Shown here: one piece after another, positions 1-12,499 of the stretch
Position numbering within the stretch: the stretch's first letter is position 1
How the letters are laid out: the number at the start of each line of letters is the position of its first letter
NCBI RefSeq assembly: GCF_006345805.1
Contig: NC_042999.1
Location: 52,390,001 to 52,454,000, forward strand
DNA: 64,000 bases
Source: Octopus sinensis
Taxonomy: Eukaryota
Reading direction: 5' to 3'
Notes under the pieces: model-generated
Told to the model about the DNA's origin: nothing
The model's input: the letters and a program-made list of their open reading frames with translations, nothing else
Databases searched by the model: none
Made by a program: the position numbers and the translations under genes

Positions 1-578
1 AGATTATTACGAAGTTACATGGCATTACCTTTAATTTTATATATATATTTGCCATTGTATGATAATGTCCTGATGAACATGGTATTGTAAACCTTTTGTT
101 TGGATTTATAAAGGAGACGTCTGTGCACTCCTCAAACAGTCAGTACTCATTGCTTCGTACAATACCGGCTATGTTGTGGTTGATGTAGCTCAGCTGCTGC
201 CATTGCTCTCCAGATGAAGAATCGGTTTGAAATTTGGGTATTTGGAGAAGATGGTTAAGAAATATTTATCTACTGCCGTCACTTTGACACATTGTTGCTT
301 TCAGTTTTTTAATATTTCGAATAACAATAGGATGTGGAATGTTATAAAACTGAGCTGGGCGACGAATACGGCGTGTGAATAAATTATGATAATTCTGGTA
401 TAAGAAATATATCTTATGTTTTTTGTCCTGTCGCTGTTAAAGGCTATCATTTTATACATAGACGCTCAATGCTCTGATTCACTACAACGTTACTCGATAT
501 CTCCCGTTATATGCGATCTTTCATACACCTGTGGGATTTCATGTAGCTAGTAGGTACATAATACATTCCAGTACTCAC

Positions 579-722
579 ATAAAAGGGTACACGACCTTTA
601 GCTCTGTCTTCTTCAATAGCTTTCTTCAAATTGTCTCCTCTCATGGAACGTTTATCATCCATCTTTATATTTCGACACTTTACTAGAACTATCTTGCAAG
701 CCTTAGCAAATGACGCGTGTGT
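579..722 (-). CDS. Gene A exon 5, 144 bp: THASFAKACKIVLVKCRNIKMDDKRSMRGDNLKKAIEEDRAKGRVPFY; the gene continues beyond the window start
   Basis: Acceptor gcag| and donor TAT|gtgagt. The His192-equivalent is retained, and the 144-bp length matches human DDC. Confidence 0.95.
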
Positions 723-1047
723 CTGCAAATTAAAAGGAAGTATTGAATATAGCATCGATGTATATATGCACATACTAAATGCATGTAACATAACCTAGAG
801 CATATATATATATATTATATATATATCAGCAATAATAATAAGAAGAATAAAGATTATTACGAAGTTACATGGCATTTCTTATAATTCTTTATATTGTAAA
901 TATTTTGTTTGGATTTATAAAAGAGATGTCTGTGCACTCCTCAAACAGTCAGTACTCATTGCTTTGTACAATACAGGCTATGTTGTGGTTGCCGTAGCTC
1001 AGCTGCTACTTTTTGAGATCTGGTTATAAGTTATATATTTAATATAT

Positions 1048-1103
<56 letters not shown>

Positions 1104-1112
<9 letters not shown>

Positions 1113-1276
1113 TATTTGTTATTTATGTATTGGTTTATGTCTATTACTGTTTGAGTTGCATAATAGTGGTTTTATCTCTAATTTATATTTTATATATTTA
1201 TACTGGGAAATTTGATTTAATACTAATTGAATTTTTCCCTGTAAGTTTGGAGTTATACTCCCTAATATTACTATTA

Positions 1277-1334
<58 letters not shown>

Positions 1335-2262
1335 TAATAATAATATTAGGGAGTATAACTCCAAACTTTCTCTCTTCTCTCTTACGCTCTTTCTCTCCTC
1401 CTCTCTCTCCTCACATACCCACCTTCCCCTCCCCACATAAGCCCGCCCCCCTTACACATTCCTACTCCACCTTCCCTATCCTTCCCATCCCCCATCCTAT
1501 CCAACACACCCTCCCCCACATACCCTACCTCCACCCCCACCCTCAGCCTACACACAAACCCCAACTCTACCCAAACCCTCAGCCGAACCCACACCTCACC
1601 CGTGCTTTCCCCACTCTCGCTTCCCCCACCTCCCAATAACATCACACTACACCACACTATACCATACAACATTGCACATCACATCACAACATACCACCCT
1701 CACACCCATCCCCACATTTTCACACCTACACATACATACACGCACACGTCCAGACCACCAGCCCTCTTTCACACGCACATACATACTCTCGTATACACAC
1801 GCACCTTCGTGTTGGGGTGGTCATCTTTACTTTGTTATCTCCCCTACTTTTCTTCTCGTGTGTGACCCTTCTGTCCGAGTCAGACGCCATGATAGATCGT
1901 TAGCCACTACACACATTTTTTGCTCTCCTTGTTTTTTCTGTGTCCCTTTCTGTAGAAGAGCGTAGGCTCGAAACGTAAAAGACTTTTTTCTATTCCTGAG
2001 CGTTATACTTACTAATATATCATTTTGTTTGTACACCACCTGTCTTCGTCTTTTGTTTTGTTTTTTTCGTAAACTCTCCCTATATATATATACATTATTT
2101 GTTATTTATGTATTGGTTTATGTCTATTACTGTTTGAGTTGCATAATAGTGGTTTTATCTCTAATTTATATTTTATATATTTATACTGGGAAATTTGATT
2201 TAATACTAAATTGAATTTTTCCCTGTAAGTTTGGAGTTATACTCCCTAATATTACTATTATA

Positions 2263-2321
<59 letters not shown>

Positions 2322-3075
2322 ATAATAATATTAGGGAGTATAACTCCAAACTTTCTCTCTTCTCTCTTACGCTCTTTCTCTCCTCCTCTCTCTCCTCACA
2401 TACCCACCTTCCCCTCCCCACATAAGCCCGCCCACCCTTACACATTCCTACTCCACCTTCCCTATCCTTCCCATCCCCCATCCTATCCAACACACCCTCC
2501 CCCACATACCCTACCTCCACCCCCACCCTCAGCCTACACACAAACCCCAACTCTACCCAAACCCTCAGCCGAACCCACACCTCACCCGTGCTTTCCCCAC
2601 TCTCGCCTCCCCCACCTCCCAATAACATCACACTACACCACACTATACCATACAACATTGCACATCACATCACAACATACCACCCTCACACCCATCCCCA
2701 CATTTTCACACCTACACATACATACACGCACACGTCCAGACCACCAGCCCTCTTTCACACGCACATACATACTCTCGTATACACACGCACCTTCGTGTTG
2801 GGGTGGTCATCTTTACTTTGTTATCTCCCCTACTTTTCTTCTCGTGTGTGACCCTTCTGTCCGAGTCAGACGCCATGATAGATCGTTAGCCACTACACAC
2901 ATTTTTTGCTCTCCTTGTTTTTTCTGTGTCCCTTTCTGTAGAAGAGCGTAGGCTCGAAACGTAAAAGACTTTTTTCTATTCCTGAGCGTTATACTTACTA
3001 ATATATCATTTTGTTTTGTACACCACCTGTCTTCGTCTTTTGTTTTGTTTTTTTCGTAAACTCTCCCTATATATA
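1104..3075. repeat. Tandem duplication of a unit of about 986 bp (Penelope-like fragment, TAA microsatellite, C/A-rich tract) in gene A intron 4
   Basis: Two near-identical copies. The motif ctttctgtagaagagcgtaggctcgaaac occurs at 1946 and 2932. Confidence 0.9.
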
Positions 3076-3088
3076 CATACATATATAT

Positions 3089-3120
<32 letters not shown>

Positions 3121-3487
3121 CAGCTTAACATACACCTACCGCGTTTCAACTGCACTGATTAGTAACTGTTACCATTGCTATTAAATCGGTGTTGTTTCTT
3201 CAGGGTTTGCACTTAATACCCTTCAATTTGAAATTAAGAATCCATTTATAAAACATGTTTTGAAAGACTAATTGATAAATGTCATATTAATTTCTTTCCT
3301 CACATAAGGCAGCCAAATGGTGATATATTTTGGTCGTATATAACCTCTTCAGCAGAATATTCAACTCACCTAACTTACCGAACCAAAGATGAGATGATTT
3401 CAAAATAAACCTACAATATATTATTACACTAACTTACATTTAAAATAGAGCGGACCAGCGCGTACGTCAAAAGTTCAACAGGATTCC

Positions 3488-3711
3488 TCTCATAAATACT
3501 ATTGTCATTTACTGCTCTTCCGCCGCCTCTTCTTCCTTTGCGATTCTTTTCCTCTCACTGTGTATGTGTGTGTGTGGTGGTGTTGGTGGTGGTGGTGGTT
3601 CTTTTACTCATTGCCAGTCACCAAGCCAAGTGTATGCCAACTTCTATGCTTACATACTCTGTGTATTCCGTTTAGTCTCACTCTCATTTTCTCTCTCTCT
3701 CTCTCTCTCTT

Positions 3712-3720
<9 letters not shown>
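3488..3720. repeat. Dispersed repeat, copy 1 (copy 2 at about 5531-5770); the two direct copies flank gene A exon 4
   Basis: Both copies share cctctcataaatact...cttttactcattgccagtcaccaagccaagtgtatgcc. Confidence 0.8.
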
Positions 3721-3769
<49 letters not shown>

Positions 3770-3811
3770 TATGTTCCAGCTAAGAGCTGCGGCCATGCTG
3801 ATGCACAGCCG

Positions 3812-3871
<60 letters not shown>

Positions 3872-3874
3872 TAT

Positions 3875-3945
<71 letters not shown>

Positions 3946-4243
3946 GTTGGTACTTTTTTTTTCTTTCATACAATTGGCTGGACACCCTGTGTTGCCCAGA
4001 GAATTACGTATTGCTCTGGTGAACAAATTCATCCAAGTGTAAATTATCGTTGATAAATTTCAACACCGCTATCTTTGATGCCGGATCGACGGTACTGTGA
4101 GGTACATTTTGAATTTCTTGCATTTAAGTTCAAAATCTTTCGAGGTAAAATTACCTTTCATATTTTAGGGGCCGACAAATGAAATAACAGTCCAGTACTG
4201 AGGTCGAGTGTCCTCTGTACCTTTATCTCTCTCTGTCTGTCTA

Positions 4244-4277
<34 letters not shown>

Positions 4278-4473
4278 GGGGAATGAAATCAATCGAGTGC
4301 GTTCGGTTGTTCAGTGTTTCTAACTCATGAAACGTTATCAAGCAAGACCAGACAATTCTAACTTATACTATGATATGTAATTCTATACACACAGAGGTGA
4401 ATGTCTCATTAATTAATTATTATATATACTACTTACATTTCATTTACTATGTTTCAATATACTTACCTCTTCT

Positions 4474-4682
4474 AAGGCGGCGAGCTGGGAGAACCGTTAG
4501 CACGACCGACGAAACCCTTAGCGGCATTTTGTCTGTATTTACGTTCTCAGTTCAAATTCCGCCGGGGTCGACTTTGCCTTTCGGGGTCGATAAATTAAGT
4601 ACGAGTTGTATACTGGGGTCGATCTAATCGATTGCCCCCCTCCCCAAAAAATTCGGGCCTTGTGCCTAAAGTAGAAAAGAAC
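4474..4682 (+). mobile_element. tRNA-derived SINE (family B, ggcggcgagctgg... head) with a 16-bp TSD spanning the exon 4 donor
   Basis: TSD tatacttacctcttct at 4458-4473 and 4683-4698. B-box-like gttcaaattcc is present, and several copies occur in the window. Confidence 0.9.
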
Positions 4683-4691
4683 TATACTTAC

Positions 4692-4826
4692 CTCTTCTGA
4701 TTTATAAGCAATTAATTTTGTAACAGCTATCGCATCCTCCATTTCGTTATTTTCTGTTTTTATTTTCTTTATGGAAGCAGTTCTGGCAGCGAATAGACTC
4801 AGTAACATACACTCAGTAGACGAATT
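4692..4826 (-). CDS. Gene A exon 4, 135 bp: NSSTECMLLSLFAARTASIKKIKTENNEMEDAIAVTKLIAYKSEE
   Basis: Acceptor ctag| and donor GAG|gtaagt. Homologous to GSASEATLVALLAAR...KLVAYSSDQ, and the 135-bp length matches human DDC. Confidence 0.94.
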
Positions 4827-4924
4827 CTAGTAACAAATATTGTACACCAACGGATTAGTTTAGTTAAAATTTATTTTCTTTTAAGTATTATTTCATGGTC
4901 TTAATTGATAACACTTTGTAGACA

Positions 4925-5220
4925 ATTGCAGCGTGGAAGGTGTTTGTAAGCCATTTAAGAAACACACAAAAACCGTTCGATTCACTTCAACATTTAAGTT
5001 TAATTTGTCAAAATATTTTCGTCGCTAAAATCCGCGACCTGTTCACTGACAAAAATCCGTGCTGCATCATCCGTGATGCAGTACGGATTTTTTTCAGTGA
5101 ACAGGTCGCGGATTTTAGCGACTAAAATATTTTGACAAATTAAACTTAAATGTTGAAGAGAATCGAACGGTTTTTGTGTGTTTCTTAAATGGCTTACAAA
5201 CACCTTCCACGCTGCAATTG
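4925..5220. repeat. Near-perfect fold-back palindrome with arms of about 145 bp
   Basis: 4925-5068 is the reverse complement of 5075-5220 with few mismatches. Confidence 0.95.
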
Positions 5221-5723
5221 TTTTCGTTCCAGCACACGATCTCAGATCAAATCACTTGCTATGCGAGTACATCTCCGTAAGTTTGTAGACAACTAAACAG
5301 ATAATGACAATGTTACATAAAAAGATATTTATACTAAATTCTTACCCGTCATATAACAGCTAACTTTGAAGTATACTTTTGCCATCATGACTCATAGCAG
5401 GAAATATAGAACACAGGCAATAGTTATATTGTGCCGTTTATCGGAAGGGATATTAATTTGTAATTTTTAACAGAAAAGTATTTATCACACGAAAATAAAA
5501 TTACATAAATCAAATTCCTTGTTTTTAAACCTCCTCTCATAAATACTCTTGTCATTTACTGCTCTTCCGCCGCCTCTTCTCCCTTTCTCTCACTGTGTAT
5601 GTGTGTGTGGTGGTGGTGTTAGAGGGGCTACATTCTTTTACTCATTGCCAGTCACCAAGCCAAGTGTATGCCAACTTCTATGCTTGCATACTCTGTGTAT
5701 TCCAATTAGTCTCACTGTCGCCT

Positions 5724-5820
<97 letters not shown>

Positions 5821-5821
<1 letters not shown>

Positions 5822-6270
5822 CGCAGGAGTGGCTGTGTGGTAAGTAGCTTGCTAACCAACCACATAGTTCCGGGTTCAGTCCCACTGCGTGGCATCTTGG
5901 GCAAGTGTCTTCTGCTATAGCCCCGGGCCGACCAATGCCTTGTGAGTGGATTTGGTAGACGGAAACTGAAAAAATCCTGTCGTATATATGTATATATATA
6001 TACATATATATATATATATGTGTGTGTGTGTGTCTGTGTGTCTGTGTATGTGTGTTTGTGTGTCTGTGTTTGTCCCCCTAGCATTGCTTGACAACCGATG
6101 CTGGTGTGTTTACGTCCCCGTCACTTAGCGGTTCGGCATAAGAGACCGACAGAATAAGTACTGGGCTTACAAAGAATAAGTTCCGGGGTCGATTTGCTCG
6201 ACTAAAGGCGGTGCTCCAGCATGGCCGCAGTCAAATGTCTGAAACATGTAAAAGAGTAAAAGCGAGTAAA
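5821..6270 (+). mobile_element. tRNA-derived SINE, family A (gcaggagtggctgtgtggtaag...)
   Basis: A/B-box-like head, internal (TA)/(TG) tract and conserved tail. Other copies are at about 7098-7260 (-), 19865-20200 (-) and 51829-52225 (+). Confidence 0.88.
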
Positions 6271-6272
6271 GA

Positions 6273-6331
<59 letters not shown>

Positions 6332-6345
6332 TATATATGTCGTAC

Positions 6346-6465
6346 CTGGATTACACCTCCTCCATCTCCTTCAGAAGTAGACAAGAAGAATTTCGGCAGT
6401 TTTAGAGCCTTTGCCAACCAGTCTAAAACGATGACTTCTAGTTCAGTGGCTACAGGAAAGGATTT
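6346..6465 (-). CDS. Gene A exon 3, 120 bp: [40 protein letters not shown]
   Basis: Acceptor ttcag| and donor CAG|gtacg. Contains the TELE...DWL...LP...GGGVIQ motif, and the 120-bp length matches human DDC. Confidence 0.95.
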
Positions 6466-7097
6466 CTGAAATATAACGCCACAGTTAATCTATTTATAAC
6501 ATTGATTGATAGATATTTCAAAATTTACATTAATATATCTTAAAGTTCCCTTTCAATAAAATTTCATAAACATATAGAAATATCTTAAGAAAATCTGTTG
6601 TTTATCGAGTTAACTTGAAATACATTCTGTCATATATTCTTTAATTCAAAGAGAAACTAGATTTGAACCTCGAGAAATGACAGTCTCCCATTGTTGGCAA
6701 GAAGCAGTTATAGTACCTTAAAAAGGATACAAGTGTGACCCGTGGAAATTACACAGAACGAAAATGATTGAGAAGCTATTTACGAAAGAAAGGATAATTT
6801 GCATTTTTACTTTGCTAAGTTATTTCACGTCCAGTTACACATACATACATACATACATACATACATACATACATACATACATACATACATACATACATAC
6901 ACGTGTGAGTGTGGTCAGTAGTGTTCATATAGCCGAAGATGAAGCGCTGTCTAAAACATTAGAGCGGTAATATATTGTTTTAGAAAGTTGACTGTTACGG
7001 CCGGTCAGAGGCTGACAATTGGTTTTGCACCTATAAAGCGCGCGTAGACGTATAACAATCAACTTCCTCACACACACATACACACACACACACACAC

Positions 7098-7460
7098 ATG
7101 TATATATTACGACGATCTTCTTTCAGTTTCCGTCTACCAAATCCACTCAAAAGGCTTTGGTCGGCCCGAGGCTATATATATAGCAGAAGACACTTGCCCA
7201 TGGTGCCACGCAATGAAACTGAACCCGTAACCATGTGGTTGGGAAGGAAGCTTCTTAATACATATATATTCTATTCTATACTTGGCACAAGGCCCGAAAT
7301 TTTTAAGGAGGGGGTGCCAGTCGATTAGACGACCCCAGTACGCAACTGGTATTTAATTTATCGATCACGAAAGGATGAAAGGCAAAGTCAACCTCTGCGG
7401 AATTTGAATTCAGAACGTATTGACAGGTGGAATACCGCTAAGCATTTCACCGCCTTCCTA
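7098..7460 (-). mobile_element. Adjacent SINE fragments, family A (about 7098-7260) and family B (about 7265-7460)
   Basis: Reverse-complement similarity to the copies at 5821 and 4474. Confidence 0.8.
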
Positions 7461-8339
7461 TTAATATATATTGTTTTATTAGTTAATAATATATGTTAAT
7501 ATAGTTAATATATATTAGTTAATAATATATGATTAATATTTTTGTATTGTAATTGTTAAATTGATGTTATAGTCTTAAAATAATTTTAAGAACAACAATA
7601 CAACATTTAGTGGTGAGATGGATGACTCAATACAAGGGGTAAAATCAATTGCGTACTGAATGAAGCTTCTTCTGGCGGTTGATACCCCTAGCTTGGTTGT
7701 CGAAGCCTGAAGCGAAACATAAAAGCCCTGTCAGCACAGATGCTACATTATATTTTAGTTTCGTCTTATTTTCAAGAGATGGATCATGCTCTCTATAATA
7801 TCACCCCATCCCGCACCTAAAATCACTCAGACTAAGCAACGGAAAAACAAGTGACCCTTATTGAATGAACTTTAAATTTTGGGGTTACCCTATATCAGTG
7901 GAAAATATCGAATTGACAGGGAATATGTGATCAGTCAACGGCAGGTTGCATCACTGCGTGTAACAGGTAAATTATAATAAACAGATGTTAAAAATTATAA
8001 ACCATGGACTCTTCGGCAAGAGAGCCTCATATTCTTATTCACTAAACATTTTCCCGCAACACACACACTTTTTGAACGATTGAGAAAATTGCAACATTAC
8101 TGATTATTAATTTCTAACATAGACGCAAGACTAACTTTCGGAATGGAACACGAACTCTGTTGTTAATTGTCCTTTCATTTAGCGACCCTCGGAGATATGA
8201 TAAACAACGTTGACTGCGGAGAGACTTGAATTCATATATTTGAGGCAATAAGATTTCTTTAGTGAAATGGGAACTTCATATAAACACATAAAGCTCCTAT
8301 ACATGTAATAACTTTGATAACTTTCGGCTACAGGTGAAG

Positions 8340-9030
8340 TCTTTTAGTCATATATGGGATACCATGGCCCACTCTAACAAAGAGTTATCATTGCTGGAGA
8401 CATATCTGGGTGTAGGGGGTTGGCCCGGGATTTTTTGAGAACTTTGTCCAGAGAACTTTTGAATTTTATGGGAACCGTTTCCATTTTGACGTAATTTGGC
8501 ATGGTATTAAGGAGAGACGGACCGGTTGAGGTAAAGTAGTTGTGTAGTAATGTTGCTATGTTTTAAGTTCGATTTTTGTAGCAGGCAGTTAGCACGGGGG
8601 CCAAGTCTTAGGTAGATTTTAAAATTGATGCCAACATCATTTGTGCAATATTGATGGAATATTTTCCACATCACATAAATGATGTAGCGTTCCCAGCGGC
8701 GTTGGAGAGAGTAAAGAATGAGTTTTTTTTTTAGACGACCCCAATAGTCAATGCCTGTCATGCCGACTATCTTTCTTGTTATTGACCTCTGGAACGTTTC
8801 GACTTTTATAATGAATTGCTTCGTGTGAGTAGGCTACAGTGGGCAACAGTATTCAAGGTGGGGCTGGGAAAAAGTAGAGTAGAGAAGGGTAGTGGTGTGA
8901 GTATCTTTAGACCGGAAAGTTCTCAGAATTCAGGAGTACATCTTGCGGTTTACACATTTTTAATAATTCAGTTGTATTTAAATCAGATTCTCAAAGAAAC
9001 ATCAGATTTGGAAAGTGTATGTTGTTAAAA
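8340..9030 (-). mobile_element. 3' fragment of a CR1/L2-group LINE, same family as 58280-62055
   Basis: Encodes MTGIDYWGRL...LYSLQRRWERY, matching MTGLDYWGRLEKLKLYSLQRRRERY in the ORF at 60194. Confidence 0.85.
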
Positions 9031-9464
9031 TTTGAACTTTCATGTCATAGCTAATGCGGCAACCATCGGTGATATCATTAATTGAGCAAAAATTGAACTC
9101 GTAAAAGCAGTCTGAATAATTAAACACACAAAAGTGATGTAATTGGTTGAAAATGCTGAAGTAAAGTTAAGAGGTGTGCATGGAAAGAGTTCTTCAGACA
9201 AGTATGACAATAGAAGAGAATAGGTAGAACAGTAGAAAAGTTACTGTAATTAGTGTATTATAAAAGATTATAACGAGTTACGTAGAATGGCTAGTGGGTA
9301 GATATATACAAAGTTAGTGGGCGGTCACATGCACTGTTTTGTGGCTAGTTGTATAAAATAGAGTGTGAGTTTAAACAATATTTAATACATCGTTACATTT
9401 TTCAAAACTAGTCAACAACGCATTTGCTCGGTGATAATGTATTATTTCATTATATTTTAGAAGA

Positions 9465-9830
9465 CCTCAAAAAAATGTAAGAACAACAGACCTGATATAA
9501 TGATTTGGGATAGAGAAGAGAAACTGTGCACAGTTGTGGAAATTAGCTGCCCACTGGATGTTAACATAAAGCTGAAGACCAGTGAAAAAGAGATCACCTA
9601 TGCTGAACTATTGAGAAATCTGCAGTTACTCTATCCAGATTAGAAGTTCAGGTTTATACCTGTAATTATTAGAGCCCGTGGATATGTAACACACTGCCTA
9701 AATACCAGTCTTGAGAAATTAGGCTTCTAAAAACCAGAAAGGAGAAAGCTAATTCGAAGACTAGAGATCTAATCTATCACTGGAACTGTAAAAATATGTA
9801 TAACTTTCCCGAATTTTATCATTTAAATAT
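9465..9830 (+). mobile_element. Restriction-like endonuclease (REL) fragment of an R4/Dong-type non-LTR retrotransposon
   Basis: Encodes NNRPDIMIWDREEKLCTVVEISCP...EK...Y, a PD-(D/E)xK motif, with an internal stop. Confidence 0.75.
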
Positions 9831-10416
9831 ATACGAACATGTCTAGATATTCAGCTATATGCATGACAAAACATACAAATCTGCACATATATACATACAT
9901 AAATACATACATACATACTTACATACATACGTATATACATACATACATACAAACATACATACATACGTATATACATACATGCATACATATTTACATACAT
10001 ATATACACACGAAAATACCGTTGTTGATGTTGAAATTTCAATGAAGGGACATTGGATCTTGGTTAGTAACCGGTTCTTTCTCTATTGGCAAGAAATCTTG
10101 AAATAAACTGAATAATGGCATACATACATACATACATACCTACATACATACATACCTACATACATACATACATACATACATACATACATACATACATACA
10201 TACATACATACATACATACATACATAGATACATACATACATAGATACATACATACGTTCGTACATGCATACATGCAAACATATATATGTACGTATGTGTA
10301 TATTCACACATATTCAAACACAAACACATACACACATATATGCAGGCATACCAATTACTAAAATATGTCATTGCAATTTCTACCATGTAACAGAGCGAAT
10401 GCAGTGTATGACTTAC

Positions 10417-10530
10417 CCAAGATATGACGTCAGTTGCGAGTGCGTTTGAGAACATTCCTCCCAGAATAGCTGCATAGGATGTTCGCGAGGGGAAGAAAGA
10501 AGCGAATCTTGGATGTTGCCAGTGACATAT
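10417..10530 (-). CDS. Gene A exon 2, 114 bp: ICHWQHPRFASFFPSRTSYAAILGGMFSNALATDVISW
   Basis: Acceptor cag| and donor TGG|gtaagt. Same length as human DDC exon 3 and homologous to VTHWHSPYFFAYFP...GCIGFSW. Confidence 0.95.
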
Positions 10531-11409
10531 CTGTTGGGTGTTAACGAGCAAGTGCGATAAATGAAACTACATAAACGACTTCAGTTCAATGAGTGGTGAA
10601 TAACTATATGAGATAGGTAAGAAAGCTAGGACTAGAGAGATCAAATGATGATAGTAAATGGTAAATGATGAATGGCGATAAAATGAGATGAAATAGAATA
10701 CAAAGAAATAAATTGATGTTAATGCCATCAATTCTGCATGCAATATATTCGCAGTTTATGTCAAAAGCCAGAACACTAAAAGACTTGTAAACTATAAAAA
10801 TAATAAACTTAATTCAATATGGTACTTGTCACTATGCGACATCTCGTTTCCTACGTTGTATGGGAGTAAAGAAAGTATAAAGGAAGCTAGCGAAAATCCC
10901 AAGTTATCAATACATAGAAAAGTTGAAGTGGTGGGGTGGGTGTATAGGAGGAATAGTTAGGGAATAATTGAGGGGGACACTTTTATTTGTATCTTAAGTA
11001 TGTGTTACACAACTTGTGTTTGTAATTAATCATTAGGTCACTCCGTTCTTTCCCTCCGTGCACAACTATAGGATACTATTGGTGCACATAGAACACGCGC
11101 ATGTGTGCAGTTATACGAATGTATAATTTTACTGTTAAGTAATAAACCAACATAACTCCGACTGCTATGACTAAGAGATAGAAACTTTATCCCTCATATC
11201 TCCCTCTTTTCTTACCCCTCCTCTCTTCTTCTCTCCTAGCAAATCCACCTTCCTCTCTCTCCTAAATATTTTACCTCTTCTTTTTTTTTCTCATTCTTGG
11301 CCATTTCACTTCTAAAAATTCTTCTTTTCTGATTCTGTATAAATGTTTATACTTGGGTGCAACAATATATTTATTTACCGTTCACAAAGTAAAATGGGAC
11401 CAGCTTAAT

Positions 11410-11535
11410 ATTCTTTTCTACAAGGCCCAAAATTTTGTGGGAGAGGGCCAGTCGATTAGATCGACCCCAGTATGAAATCGGTACTTAATTTATTAACACC
11501 GAAAGGAGGAAAAGCAAAGTCGACCTCGGCGGAAG
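11410..11535 (-). mobile_element. SINE family B fragment
   Basis: Contains tcgattagatcgaccccagt...aaagtcgacctcggcgg. Confidence 0.7.
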
Positions 11536-11773
11536 GCACCAGCTTAATATTCCCAACAATCTTCTCCTCAATCAACATCAACCTAAAGTCTCCCTTCTTC
11601 CCTGTCTCCTTTTCTTTAGACAATTGCCAAGTCCTGTAATTTTAACCATTTCCTTTTTTACCATTTAGTTTCTTCGTACATACGTTTTTCTATTTTATAT
11701 TTTTGTTCCTTTCTTCCGTCTTCACCACTCATTTTAAATTATGCCTTCGGCGAGTTAACTTAGGATTTCCGAA

Positions 11774-12309
11774 CAACAATGTAACCCTTCATTTAACTAA
11801 GGTATCTTCGGCTTGATGAGTAGCTAGCGGAGTGCCCCTCGTTGACTAATTATTACTTCCTAGGGTCTGCTAACGAGAAAACATAGGTAGCTTGATATAT
11901 ATATATATATATATATTATTCGTTTCAGTCATTTCACTAGGGTCATGCTGGAGCATGACGAACAAATTGACCCCAGGATCTATTCTTTTTAAGCCTAGTA
12001 CTTGTTCTCTCGGTCTCTTCTGCCGAACTGCTAAGTTATGGCGGACGTAAACACACCAACATCAGTTGTCAAGCGATGGTATGGGACAAATGCAGACACA
12101 CAAACAGATATATGTGTGTATATATATATATATGTGCGTGTATGTGTGTGTGTGTGTGTGTGTGTGCGCGTGTATGTATGTAAATCACACAAGGATGTGG
12201 ACAACTGTATAATGAATGCAGAGAACAAGTACTAGGCTTAAAAAGAATAGATCCTGGGGTCAATTTGTTCGTCATGCTCCAGCATGGCCCCAGTGAAATG
12301 ACTGAAACG

Positions 12310-12341
<32 letters not shown>

Positions 12342-12462
12342 CAAGCTACCTATGTTTTCTCGTTAGCAGACCCTCGGACGTAATAATTAGTCAACGAGAG
12401 GCACTCCGCTAGCTACTCATCAGGCTGAAGATACCTTAGTTAAATGAAGGGTTACATTGTTG
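11774..12462. repeat. Inverted duplication with arms of about 237 bp, each including a SINE tail plus flank, and a spacer of about 210 bp
   Basis: 11774-12010 is approximately the reverse complement of 12222-12462. Confidence 0.92.
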
Positions 12463-12499
12463 AGAGGAGGAGCGAATATTTCAAGAACATTCGCTCCTC

